This document shows, one piece after another, positions 28,657-38,751 of a DNA stretch of 64,000 bases. Location of the stretch: the NCBI GenBank assembly GCA_034439575.1, contig JAWXAQ010000012.1, positions 32,001-96,000 of the forward strand, given 5' to 3'. Under the pieces are notes generated by a model. It did not search any database. It saw only the letters and a list, made by a program, of their open reading frames with translations, and was not told the origin of the DNA. Both the position numbers and the translations under genes were made by a program. Source of the stretch: Leptospira sp. GTDB lineage: Bacteria > Spirochaetota > Leptospiria > Leptospirales > Leptospiraceae. How positions within the stretch are numbered: the stretch's first letter is position 1; every line of letters starts with the position of its first letter.

Positions 28657-29880
28657 TTGTCACCACTTGTAGATGAAATAGTAAAAGAAAGAGCCCGTAT
28701 CAACGAAATCAATGTTGGTTTTGGTCGATTGTTTTTTTTGAGTTTTTTTTCTGTGACCGATTTACTGAGCTATATTAATTGGATCGATTATGCTATAATA
28801 CGGCCAAGTCCGTTAACCATTTATTTAGATTTTGGATTTTTACTTTTTGCATTAATCGTCCAATACACAGTTATGTTTCGCGGAAACCCTCCCGCTTTGA
28901 AATATTTTATAGTTACTGGCGATTTTTTATTTTTAGGTATCATGTTGATTTACGATCCTTCTGTTCCTAGAAATGGTGAAATGGTTTATTGGACTTCGAT
29001 GGTAGGAACATTATTTCTTTATTATTTAAATATATTAAGGTATTCTAAATTAACTGTCATTTATGCCTTTTTTTTGGCTGTTTTGGTTTTTTCCGTTACG
29101 AGTCTTCATTTTGGTAGATCTAATCTTGATTATCTTATACCAATGTACTTTCCATTTTTAGTATTTTTATCTATTGGATACTTTATCACCGTTGGAAATA
29201 AGAAAATGGTCGAAGAAATAAATACAAAAATGCTAATGGAAAGATATCTTGCACCACAATTAGTAAACGAAATTTATAAGAACCAAAATTTGCCTACAGT
29301 TCAAAAAGTTGATGTAGCATTATTATTTTCAGATATACGTTCCTTCACTGAAATTTCTGAAAATCATTCTCCTGAAGATGTGGTTCAATTTTTAAATGAA
29401 TACTTAAAATCAATGACCGAGATCATCTTTGAAGAAAAGGGGACTCTCGATAAATTTATTGGAGATGGAATATTGACAATTTTTGGAGCTCCGATCAAAA
29501 CCGATGCTGATTGTTTACATGCTCTTAAATGTGCGATCAATATGCAAAATTCGATGATTGGTTTTTCAAAAGGGAAGCTTAATCTAAGAAAACCTTTGAA
29601 AATAGGTATTGGTTTGCATTATGGGGAAGTCATTGCTGGAAATATAGGTTCAGATAAAAGACTCGATTATACTGTGATAGGTGATACTGTCAATATTGCA
29701 AGTAGGATCGAAAGTCTAACAAAGTATTATAATATTCCAATTATCGCATCTGAAGCATTTATAAAAACAATTTTGCCTGAGACTTTAAACACTTTTTGTG
29801 TTCTTCGGGAATTGGATACAGTTCGTCTCGTTGGCAAAAATGTAGCTATCAAATTATATGAAATAATCGCAATTACTTAA
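28657..29880 (+). CDS. membrane-bound class III adenylate/guanylate cyclase
   Basis: About 6 TM; LFSDIRSFT, LDKFIGDG, DYTVIGDTVNIASR (Lys/Thr pattern favours adenylyl). Confidence 0.92.
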   Translation: MSPLVDEIVKERARINEINVGFGRLFFLSFFSVTDLLSYINWIDYAIIRPSPLTIYLDFGFLLFALIVQYTVMFRGNPPALKYFIVTGDFLFLGIMLIYDPSVPRNGEMVYWTSMVGTLFLYYLNILRYSKLTVIYAFFLAVLVFSVTSLHFGRSNLDYLIPMYFPFLVFLSIGYFITVGNKKMVEEINTKMLMERYLAPQLVNEIYKNQNLPTVQKVDVALLFSDIRSFTEISENHSPEDVVQFLNEYLKSMTEIIFEEKGTLDKFIGDGILTIFGAPIKTDADCLHALKCAINMQNSMIGFSKGKLNLRKPLKIGIGLHYGEVIAGNIGSDKRLDYTVIGDTVNIASRIESLTKYYNIPIIASEAFIKTILPETLNTFCVLRELDTVRLVGKNVAIKLYEIIAIT

Positions 29881-30460
29881 GTCGAAGAATAGATAATGCC
29901 AAACAATAATTGGCAATGGCAAGACCAATATGAAAAATATCAACGTTTAGGACTGGTCCACGTGATCCTTTCGTTCCAATCACAAGACCTGCTAATATAA
30001 ATAAGACGGCTCCTATGAGCCCATAAATCGCACCACTTCTTTCGCTCGGTAATTTTTTCGCCGAAACGATAATCACAATCAGCATCGCTATTCCACCAAC
30101 TACGGTTCCATATAAGGGAATAGGGAAAAAATAAACAAAAACTAAGTAAGCAACGAACAATCCCAATATTTTTAAAAAGAATAATTTTTCTGTAAAAGGT
30201 TTTATCCCAAAATGAAAAAAACTAACTCCGATTAAAGGAACAGCTACACAACCAGCCAATCCCACAAAAAAACGATAGATTGGATCTAGAGTTAGAATGC
30301 CTAAGAAATGTAGGGAGCCAAGTCCCGCAGAGATACCAATGATAGCGAAGGCATATAAACCAGCACGTGCAGGAATTGAATTAAGTCCTTTGAAGCGGTA
30401 AGCCATCGCCAAGGAAACGATTGAAAGTACTAAGTCTGAAAAAAATGTGCTGATTACCAT
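29873..30460 (-). CDS. hypothetical polytopic membrane protein
   Basis: About 7 TM helices, ST..SD N-terminus and VDIFH C-terminus; ATG 30460 preferred over track start 30529. Confidence 0.7.
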   Translation of the reverse strand: MVISTFFSDLVLSIVSLAMAYRFKGLNSIPARAGLYAFAIIGISAGLGSLHFLGILTLDPIYRFFVGLAGCVAVPLIGVSFFHFGIKPFTEKLFFLKILGLFVAYLVFVYFFPIPLYGTVVGGIAMLIVIIVSAKKLPSERSGAIYGLIGAVLFILAGLVIGTKGSRGPVLNVDIFHIGLAIANYCLALSILRLK

Positions 30461-30565
30461 GGGTATGTTTTTAACCAAAGCTAAATGGATTGCAATCGTA
30501 ATTCGAAATTTGTTATGGTTTTGTATCAATTTGTTTGATCATTTTGATCACAGAAATAATTGATA

Positions 30566-31282
30566 TTATGTTCTTTTTAATAAAGATTCTTCTAGGTCCA
30601 TCAACTCTCTATAAGTTCCCACAGACAAAGTAGGATCTAGAGTTATAGCTCCCATTTTTTCCCTTCGCAAATATATAACTTCTTTTTCTAATGTAACAAA
30701 CATTCTACGGATCTGACGAAATTTTCCTTCTCTGATGGTTACTTTTACTTTCGAAATATCACCTGACTCAAGGATTTCAAGTTTGCCAGGAAGGGTTTTA
30801 TAACCATCATCGAGTGTTACACCTTCCGAAAAAGCCAATATATCATTTTCTGAAACGATTCCTTGGATTTCGGCATAGTATTCTTTCTCTATTAAGTGTT
30901 TTGGTGAAGTATAATGATGTGCAAAATTTCCATCGGTTGTAAAGATTAGCAGTCCTTCTGTTTCTTTATCAAGTCTTCCAACTGGGAATAAGGACATTGA
31001 CCTATGACGTCCTTTCAAGTATTCCATTACGGTTTTTTCTCTTGGATCGTCTGTGGAAGTTATGCAATCAGGAGCTTTATTCATCATAAAATAGTAGTTA
31101 TCTTTTCTGATTAGAATTTCTTCTTGAACTTGAACCAAATCAGATAATTTGACTTTAAAGGAAGGATCTTTCACAAGGTTACCGTTTACTTTCACCATGC
31201 CTTGGTTTATATTTCGTTTGACATCTGTCCTTGATCCAAATCCCAAGTTTGATAATATTTTATCCAATCTTTCCATTTTCAT
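30566..31282 (-). CDS. rsuA: rRNA pseudouridine synthase (RsuA family)
   Basis: S4 domain RLDKIL; catalytic VGRLDKETEGLL; EGKFRQIRRMF. Confidence 0.9.
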   Translation of the reverse strand: MKMERLDKILSNLGFGSRTDVKRNINQGMVKVNGNLVKDPSFKVKLSDLVQVQEEILIRKDNYYFMMNKAPDCITSTDDPREKTVMEYLKGRHRSMSLFPVGRLDKETEGLLIFTTDGNFAHHYTSPKHLIEKEYYAEIQGIVSENDILAFSEGVTLDDGYKTLPGKLEILESGDISKVKVTIREGKFRQIRRMFVTLEKEVIYLRREKMGAITLDPTLSVGTYRELMDLEESLLKRT

Positions 31283-31287
31283 AAAAT

Positions 31288-32031
31288 TTATATTTTATGC
31301 GAACCAGGTAAAGAATTTGTTCTTATTCCCAATTCCTTGGCTCTTTCCAATCGAAGGAGTGAATAATTTTTATCTGACTTTGGAATCGCGTTTTGATCCC
31401 AAGCATCTATCGGTATTAATCCGGATTCACTCAAAGACTTATGCAATTGAATTTCTTCTTCTATCGAACGAGAAAATAAAAATGGATTTCTATAGATACC
31501 ACCTAAGTTTGGATAGTTGGTGTCATTTTTATCAATAAGTTCAATAATTTCTAAACCTCTATGATAGATATAATCTAAAAATTGGTCACCAAATGGATCT
31601 GTATCGTCATCTACTTTTTTCTTTTCTAAGATCCATTTTAACCAATCGTATCCGTATAATAGATCATGTACATAACGAAATTTTATCTTCGAGTGCGCGC
31701 CAAATAATTCGAAAATAGCAATTACTTTTGTCGTGATGTGAGTGCTGTTCGCTTTGAATTCAAGAGGGGAATTCATAGCATTTGAAATCATACGAAATAC
31801 AAAAAAATCAAAGTCCCAAAATATGTTTTCTGGAAAATGGTAAAGTGCCGCTGAGATCAGGTTTTCCAGATTTTGATATAAATTTTCTCGGTCTTCTATT
31901 TTTGTTACTAACAAATTGATCTCTGATTCCATTTCTGAGAAATTCGTAGCTTGTCGCTTAACTGGGCTTAAACTTTGCCGAAAGGGGCATTGTGAACTTA
32001 TCAGATTGTCTAATCGTATATATTCACTCAT
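31288..32031 (-). CDS. conserved hypothetical protein
   Basis: 247-aa ORF with ATGA overlap to the prenyltransferase; motif-like PENIFWDFD, FRYVHDLLYGYDW, RNPFLFSR..EEE..LH. Confidence 0.75.
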   Translation of the reverse strand: MSEYIRLDNLISSQCPFRQSLSPVKRQATNFSEMESEINLLVTKIEDRENLYQNLENLISAALYHFPENIFWDFDFFVFRMISNAMNSPLEFKANSTHITTKVIAIFELFGAHSKIKFRYVHDLLYGYDWLKWILEKKKVDDDTDPFGDQFLDYIYHRGLEIIELIDKNDTNYPNLGGIYRNPFLFSRSIEEEIQLHKSLSESGLIPIDAWDQNAIPKSDKNYSLLRLERAKELGIRTNSLPGSHKI

Positions 32032-32999
32032 AAAGAAAAAATGGATGGTAAATATTTTTTAACAATAGCTGAGATAGATAAAATTAGAAATAGTCCCCAA
32101 ATTAATTTGTGCAAATGGTTTTTATAATACTTTTGAGCATTAAAAGAATTTGTATTAGCACTTTTATACCAGAAGTTAATATAATATAGCTGATAAAGAT
32201 AATAAAAGATAGAAACGACTGAGGCAGAAAATAAAAACTCATCATTTCTCCAAATAAATATACATAGTAACAATAAATAGGTGAATATAAGTAATTTTTG
32301 GATTATTTTTCGAACACTTTCATTCCCCAAAATAGTTACAAATGTATTTTTGCCACCATCTCTATCACTTATTTCATCGCTCATGCCACTAGCAAGAGCG
32401 CTTGTTAAGGCAAGCGTTGTGGACACAGAAATCAAAGCAAAAAATGATTTATCCCAAATCACATTTGTATGGAGATAATAATGAAAAGTTGGTAACATAG
32501 TACCCACACCAATCATTTCCAAAAATTCTCCACCACCACGATAATTTAAACGTATAGGTGGCAGAGAATACGCAGCAAAAACAAAAATGCAGATCAAGGA
32601 AAAGTATGTAAGATAGGGGATGTTTAAATAAGCTTCGGTAACTAAAGACAAAAGGACACAAAGTGTAGCAGATAAGATTCCCATTCTTAGAACTTCATTT
32701 TTATTTAAAATTTGATCTGGAATGGTTTTCGGCGAACAGTCATTAGGAAATAACTGGCGTTTAATGGTATCTACTTGGATATCTGCATAGTCGTTTAATA
32801 ATACAATATAGATTAATAAAAAAATTGTAAAAAATAATCCATAAAATATAATGAAAATATTTACTTCTTGAGAGACTAAAATCCCGTAAGATTGCCCAAA
32901 AATGAAAGGGATAAGTAACTTGGGCCAACTCATAACTTTTAATGCATAGAGCCAACGCCGAAGGACACTCATTTTTTTTAATTTTTCTAATTCGCTCAA
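32028..32999 (-). CDS. UbiA/MenA-family prenyltransferase
   Basis: LNDYADIQVD; YSLPPIRLNYRGGGE; DEISDRDGGKNT; 8-9 TM. Confidence 0.88.
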   Translation of the reverse strand: MSELEKLKKMSVLRRWLYALKVMSWPKLLIPFIFGQSYGILVSQEVNIFIIFYGLFFTIFLLIYIVLLNDYADIQVDTIKRQLFPNDCSPKTIPDQILNKNEVLRMGILSATLCVLLSLVTEAYLNIPYLTYFSLICIFVFAAYSLPPIRLNYRGGGEFLEMIGVGTMLPTFHYYLHTNVIWDKSFFALISVSTTLALTSALASGMSDEISDRDGGKNTFVTILGNESVRKIIQKLLIFTYLLLLCIFIWRNDEFLFSASVVSIFYYLYQLYYINFWYKSANTNSFNAQKYYKNHLHKLIWGLFLILSISAIVKKYLPSIFSL

Positions 33000-33045
33000 A
33001 GGAAACTACTTTCGCTAAAATATCATTCAAAATTTAATTTCAATA

Positions 33046-33759
33046 GTGGTAAAGCAAGATACAACTAGTTTATTGAAAGTTCAAAATCTTTTTAAATCCT
33101 ATCAAAATTCCCTGGTCGTAAATTCGTTTAACCTGGACTTAGCGTCAGGATCAGTTTTGGGTTTACTTGGTCCAAATGGTGCAGGAAAATCTACCATTTT
33201 AAAAATGATCGCAGGCTTGGTACAGGCAGATAAAGGTGAGATAATTACATGTGAAAGAAATCAAATAGGTTATTGCCCACAAAATCCAGTATTTTGGAAA
33301 GGAATCACATGTGAAGAGCAATTAAAATTTACAGCTGATTTGTATCAAATTTCAAAAAAAAAATCCAAAGCTACGATTGACTTTTTAATGGATCAACTTT
33401 TTTTAAAAGATAAGAAGGATACTATCGCCGATCACTTGTCTGGTGGTATGCAAAAGAGACTAAATCTTGCATTAGCACTCATACATAATCCAAAATTGCT
33501 TCTATTAGACGAACCAACAGCAAACTTAGATATCCAAAGTAAGGAATATGTGAATCATTTATTGAATCATTTAATCAAAAATGAAAATATAACGGTTGTA
33601 TATGCATCTCATGATTTGGATGAAGTAGCGAGGATCGCTTCAAATATAATCATTCTAAATAAAGGAAACATTATTTATTCTAAAGAATTTTCTACCTTGG
33701 ACAATGATGAACTTAAATACAGTCAGTTAAAAAATCTTTACTCAAGTAATACTAAATAA
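33046..33759 (+). CDS. ABC-2 exporter ATP-binding protein
   Basis: GPNGAGKST, LSGGMQ, LLLDEP, SHD. Confidence 0.95.
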   Translation: MVKQDTTSLLKVQNLFKSYQNSLVVNSFNLDLASGSVLGLLGPNGAGKSTILKMIAGLVQADKGEIITCERNQIGYCPQNPVFWKGITCEEQLKFTADLYQISKKKSKATIDFLMDQLFLKDKKDTIADHLSGGMQKRLNLALALIHNPKLLLLDEPTANLDIQSKEYVNHLLNHLIKNENITVVYASHDLDEVARIASNIIILNKGNIIYSKEFSTLDNDELKYSQLKNLYSSNTK

Positions 33760-33771
33760 AGTATAGAAAGC

Positions 33772-34926
33772 ATGAGAGTTTTATCTATTTTTACTAGAGG
33801 AATTGTGCAAGCCACAAGAGATAAACTCACTCTTATATTAACTCTCTTTACGACCCCGTTATTTATTTTCTTCTATTGGTTCTTTTTAGGAACTAATCCA
33901 AAAATCAGTATAGGGTATTACATTGAAATTGATAGTGAGAATCCCATATATATAGCTGAAAAAAATTATATTTCAAAAATTTTCACCAAATGGGAAAAGG
34001 AGTCACCTGGAAATTTTAAGATTCAAAAGATTGAAACATTATCTGATTTTAAAAATAGAAAAAAAAACAATAATTTTGATATAAGTATCAATATCAAAAT
34101 CGAAAAATTGAACGAAGATCTTTCATTACCTAAAAAACAAAAGATCAATATCACCTTAGAAGATATCGCAGGAACTGAACATTCCGCAAATAGCTTGATA
34201 TTAGCCAAATTATTCTTAGATGATTATTTTTTAAACCAAAATGAAATTTATATTGTTAACGCGAGTTATTCGGTAGAAAAGAAAAATTCTAAAATACTGA
34301 ATCATACTTTTGCATTATTTGTTCCTGGTTTTTTAGTTTTTTCTGTAATGATGATTTTATTTTCTACTACAATTGCAGTTACCAATGAAATTGAATCTGG
34401 CGTTTTTTTAAGATATATTTTATCTGACACTCCCATATCTGAATTTCTTTTGGGGAATGGATTGGTTCAATTTTTTAATGCAGTGATTTCAATTATAATT
34501 TCAACCATTCTTGCTTCTTTGTTAGGTTTTGATTTTCAAGGAAAAATTTTTAGTACTATTATCATATGTATTTTGGGAGCCCTCGCTTGTATTGGCATTG
34601 GACTTTTTATTTCTGCTTTTATGAAATCCAGTAGCCAAGCATTTCTTAGTTCAAGTTTTGTTATGTTTATCTTACTTTTATTTTCTGGAATCGCTTTTCC
34701 TATGCCCGTTGCATGGATTGTTTTACCGGGTATAGAAAAAATAAACTTTTTTAGTTTGTTACCGACTTCTTTGCTAAAAAATAGTCTAGAATTGTTATTG
34801 TTTTCAAATAAAAATCTAGCGGATCTGATTCAAAATATATTATTGTTAACTGGTTCTATGCTTTTTTATTTTACAGCCGGTGTTTTGTTTTTTAAACGTA
34901 TATATAAAGTTAGGTTAAATTTATGA
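33772..34926 (+). CDS. ABC-2 exporter permease
   Basis: 1+5 TM layout, FVPG, EIESG motif, FSGIAFP. Confidence 0.9.
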   Translation: MRVLSIFTRGIVQATRDKLTLILTLFTTPLFIFFYWFFLGTNPKISIGYYIEIDSENPIYIAEKNYISKIFTKWEKESPGNFKIQKIETLSDFKNRKKNNNFDISINIKIEKLNEDLSLPKKQKINITLEDIAGTEHSANSLILAKLFLDDYFLNQNEIYIVNASYSVEKKNSKILNHTFALFVPGFLVFSVMMILFSTTIAVTNEIESGVFLRYILSDTPISEFLLGNGLVQFFNAVISIIISTILASLLGFDFQGKIFSTIIICILGALACIGIGLFISAFMKSSSQAFLSSSFVMFILLLFSGIAFPMPVAWIVLPGIEKINFFSLLPTSLLKNSLELLLFSNKNLADLIQNILLLTGSMLFYFTAGVLFFKRIYKVRLNL

Positions 34927-35816
34927 ATACTATTTTTTCATGGCTACAAGCTGCGAGAATTCCTTCACAATCCTATATCTTTATACCTTTGTTACTCGGA
35001 CAGACAATTTCATATGTTCAAAATAATGAATGGAATTGGACTTATTTTATATTAATTCATGCCTTTGGTCTTTTTATGCAATTGTATATTATATTTGCTA
35101 ATGATTATGCAGATTTTGAAACTGATTTAAAAAACAAAACGGCTACTATTTTTTCGGGTGGCTCAAGAGTTCTTGTCCAAGGAAAAATCAAAAAGTCTAC
35201 GTTATTGAAAGCCGCTAAAGTTATGGCTCTATTGTCATTCATTGTGAGTATTTTTCTTTCTTTTTATCACTTTAATTATTTAATCGTTGTTTTGTGTTTA
35301 ACTGGTCTACTGCTTTTAAACCAATATTCTTATCCGCCTTTAAAGCTTTCTTATCGTGGGGGAGGAGAACTCTTGCAGATGTTAGGTGTTGGCTTGGTAT
35401 TGCCAATATTTGGATATCTCGGCCAATTTGGCGAAATGAAAAATTTTCCTATTGAGATTTTTGCCTTTCTATTGCCTATTAATTTGTCTTGCGCGATCGC
35501 CACTTCTCTACCTGACGAACCTTCTGATAACGAAAGTCATAAGCGTACGATTGTTGTTGTATATGGTTCAAATTGTGCAAAAATAATAATTATTCTTTTA
35601 GAAATATTTGCTTTCGTTTATTATATGCTTACATTGAATGAGCCATTCAATTCAATCACAATCTATAAAATTCCTGGCATCTTAATACTGGTTAGTTTAT
35701 TCTTTTTTCATTCCAAACCAGGTTCAGTCTTTATTTCTATTTTTGTTTTTTTCTCAATAGCTGTAAATTTGAGCATTCAATGTATTTTGATCCTTCAAAA
35801 TCTTCGTCTAATATAA
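34923..35816 (+). CDS. UbiA/MenA-family prenyltransferase (second paralogue)
   Basis: WLQAAR; ANDYADFETD; FSGGSRVL; YSYPPLKLSYRGGGE; PDEPSD...KRT. Confidence 0.88.
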   Translation: MNTIFSWLQAARIPSQSYIFIPLLLGQTISYVQNNEWNWTYFILIHAFGLFMQLYIIFANDYADFETDLKNKTATIFSGGSRVLVQGKIKKSTLLKAAKVMALLSFIVSIFLSFYHFNYLIVVLCLTGLLLLNQYSYPPLKLSYRGGGELLQMLGVGLVLPIFGYLGQFGEMKNFPIEIFAFLLPINLSCAIATSLPDEPSDNESHKRTIVVVYGSNCAKIIIILLEIFAFVYYMLTLNEPFNSITIYKIPGILILVSLFFFHSKPGSVFISIFVFFSIAVNLSIQCILILQNLRLI

Positions 35817-35822
35817 AAATAC

Positions 35823-36521
35823 ATGCGCTTTTCCTTATTAAATTATAATTTCCTAATTTTATCTATTCTCTTTTTGATTCCAGGAAGTTTGATATATTTC
35901 TTTCGTAAAGATTTGCGAAATATGTTAAACATTGTTGCCTTATCATCAATTCCATTTGCATTCACCGAATTTTTATTTTATCCGAGTTATTGGGAACCTA
36001 AATTTCTTTGGAACTTGGTTAATCTAATTGGATTTGGAATAGAGGATATTATTTTTGTCATCGGCCTATCGGCATTTAGTTCTTCGTCATTTGCAGTTAC
36101 TTTCCAAAAAAAATTAACTCCGTGTTCAAAAGGAATATTAAATTCAAATCAAATTTTAATTTCAATTTTCATATTATACTTAATCACAATTTTCTTATTT
36201 ATTAAATTTAAAATTCATCTGATATTTGGAGCCCCGATTTTGATGTTAGGTTCAGGTATTTTTATGATTTTAAGACGAAGTGATTTGTTATTTCCTGGAA
36301 TTTTTGGTGGTTTGATTACCATGACAGTTTACTCTTTGTTATGTTTTGCATTGCTTCAGATTTATCCGAGTATTTTTGAACTTACTTGGCACACTGAAAA
36401 ATTTTTAAATACTAAAATATTCCACATTCCCTTAGAAGAATTAATTTATGCATTTAGCTCTGGATTTATTGCTACACTTTTTTATCCCTATGTATTCTCT
36501 TTCAGATACATTTCTTTTTGA
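35823..36521 (+). CDS. lycopene-cyclase-domain (fused CrtYc/CrtYd-like) membrane protein
   Basis: Two repeats ending GFGIEDIIF and HIPLEELIY; PSYWEP; RKDL/RSDL repeat starts. Confidence 0.75.
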   Translation: MRFSLLNYNFLILSILFLIPGSLIYFFRKDLRNMLNIVALSSIPFAFTEFLFYPSYWEPKFLWNLVNLIGFGIEDIIFVIGLSAFSSSSFAVTFQKKLTPCSKGILNSNQILISIFILYLITIFLFIKFKIHLIFGAPILMLGSGIFMILRRSDLLFPGIFGGLITMTVYSLLCFALLQIYPSIFELTWHTEKFLNTKIFHIPLEELIYAFSSGFIATLFYPYVFSFRYISF

Positions 36522-36565
36522 ATTGCCAAATGTAGAATGTTTATGGGAATCTCAATAAACAAATC

Positions 36566-38089
36566 ATGATGGATTTAAATGAACTCATCCGGACACTCGA
36601 AGCACTCGCGAATGACCCCGATTCCTTAACAAAAATTCCAGAGGAGCAAAGGCTCAAGCTAATGATCGCGGCAGGTAAAGTCTCTCGACCCGAAAGAAAT
36701 GAGATACGAAAAAGAAATCGGACAATCAAAACAAATAGAAAAAAAGAACAAATAAATGAAGAAAAAAAGGTTCGTGCTCTAACTGGAATAAGGTTAGCGC
36801 GGACTGAAACAGTATTTAAAGCTCCCTTACAAATAGCCGCGAGTACGAGTTCATGGTCTTGGGAAACTGCATCAGAATTAAAATCACCTAGAAATTGTTA
36901 TATCTGTAAAAAAGAATTTATCAAGTTGCATTTTTTTTACGACACAATGTGCAAAGAGTGTGCCGAACTTAATTACGCAAAAAGATACAATTCAGCACCT
37001 TTAGAAGGTAAGGTTGCTGTTATCACTGGTTCACGACTTAAAATTGGATATCAAGCCACACTCATGTTACTTCGTGCAGGTGCCAACGTAATAGCAACGA
37101 CAAGGTTTCCCATTGATTCAGCGATTCGTTTTTCCAAGGAAGAAGATTATTTTTCTTGGAAAGATAGACTTCAGATTTTTGGACTAGATCTCAGGCATAC
37201 TCCAAGTGTAGAAATATTTTGTGCTTATTTAGAGGAATATTTAAGTCGATTGGACATACTTGTAAATAATGCAGCTCAAACTGTTAGGCGACCTCCTGGT
37301 TTTTATAATCATCTAATGGTTCAAGAGAATAGACCTATCAGAGAACTCGAACCAAGGGTAAGGAATCTTTTACAGTTCTATGAAAGATGTCTTAATCAAT
37401 TGAATGATGTTGCAGATTCGGAAAATTTAGCCAAGGAAATAGCCTTGCCTGTTAGTTGGACCGGGAAATTGCCTGGAATTGGTATAAGATCGTCTGCGGC
37501 TCTCGCCATGATACCTTATTCACATGACAACTCACATGAGTTAGAAGCTGTGTTTCCTGAGGGGAAACTGGATGCTGATTTGCAACAGGTTGATCTTCGT
37601 AAAACAAATAGTTGGAGATTGAAACTAGGTGAAATTAATACTTCTGAAATGTTAGAAGTCCAATTGGTAAATGCTGTCGCGCCATTTGTCTTATGTAATC
37701 GATTGGTTTCCATTATGCGAAGAGACAATACAGGACAAAAGCATATTATTAATGTTTCCGCCATGGAAGGGAAGTTTCACAGGTTCAAAAAAGAAGATCG
37801 TCATCCTCATACCAATATGGCAAAGGCCGCCTTGAATATGTTGACTCATACTTCTGCGAGTGATTTTGCCAAAGATGGCATTTATATGAATGCCGTTGAT
37901 ACAGGTTGGGTGACTGATGAAGATCCTATGGAACTCTCTTTGAAAAAACAAGAGTTACATGATTTCCAACCTCCACTCGATATTGTGGATGGTGCTGCAA
38001 GAGTTCTTGATCCTTTATTTGACGGTATCAACACAGGTAAACACTGGATGGGAAAATTTCTCAAAGATTACTTTCCAATTGATTGGTAG
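36566..38089 (+). CDS. SDR oxidoreductase with N-terminal CxxC..CxxC extension
   Basis: [47 protein letters not shown]...CKEC. Confidence 0.88.
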   Translation: MMDLNELIRTLEALANDPDSLTKIPEEQRLKLMIAAGKVSRPERNEIRKRNRTIKTNRKKEQINEEKKVRALTGIRLARTETVFKAPLQIAASTSSWSWETASELKSPRNCYICKKEFIKLHFFYDTMCKECAELNYAKRYNSAPLEGKVAVITGSRLKIGYQATLMLLRAGANVIATTRFPIDSAIRFSKEEDYFSWKDRLQIFGLDLRHTPSVEIFCAYLEEYLSRLDILVNNAAQTVRRPPGFYNHLMVQENRPIRELEPRVRNLLQFYERCLNQLNDVADSENLAKEIALPVSWTGKLPGIGIRSSAALAMIPYSHDNSHELEAVFPEGKLDADLQQVDLRKTNSWRLKLGEINTSEMLEVQLVNAVAPFVLCNRLVSIMRRDNTGQKHIINVSAMEGKFHRFKKEDRHPHTNMAKAALNMLTHTSASDFAKDGIYMNAVDTGWVTDEDPMELSLKKQELHDFQPPLDIVDGAARVLDPLFDGINTGKHWMGKFLKDYFPIDW

Positions 38090-38576
38090 AATAGCACTTA
38101 TCACTTTGACGCACAATCTCCATTTCCCCACCACTTCCCAAAAGTAGACTCTTTAACCCTTCGCTAAATCTTACGTTACCTAGAAAGCTAATTTCGTCTA
38201 AATACAACTGACTCCACTTAGGTGACACATAAGAGTAACTCCTAAATGACTGTTTTAATAAATTATTTCTAGCTTCAGCACCATTAGATGTTACACCTTG
38301 CTTAGTTATCCACCTTTCCCTACTTAGGTTATACCTTGGATCATTACTTCTCTTAGAATGATTGACCATTTTATGATTCTTTCTATCCCAAATGAACGTA
38401 TAACCTTCATCAGTAAATAGAATTGTATTCTTAGGATTCTTTTCATCTAAATCTTTTCCTAAGTATTCTTGATTGTTAAGTGGTATGCTTTTATAAAAAG
38501 TCATTCCGTGATTAATACCTACAGTATGGACTAAGACAACTGCCAGTAAATCACCTAACGAATTGGAAAGGTATAA
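38061..38576 (-). mobile_element. truncated IS1595-family (ISXO2-like) transposase remnant
   Basis: Frame open from 38576; TILFTDEGY, VNHSK, GVTSNGAEARNNLLKQ, YVSPKWSQLYLDEISF match the DDE_Tnp_IS1595 C-terminal half; no N-terminal Zn ribbon. Confidence 0.75.
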
Positions 38577-38751
38577 TTAAAACCTTTTTTGGGCTAGGTT
38601 ACAATAGCTTTGTAAGGGCATTCCAATGATTTGGATTGCATACTTTGTAAGTAATACATTTATTTGCTTTGATTTCGGTGAAGTGCTGAGTTTATTATTT
38701 CTTTATTTTTATATTGATATTTTCGATGCTCATTGAAACTTATAAGAGCAG

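Noticed and set aside
32028-35816. Assigning the symbol menA, or calling a complete carotenoid cluster
   Set aside because: Two paralogues with an altered second Asp motif, and no men or crtB/crtI genes in the window.
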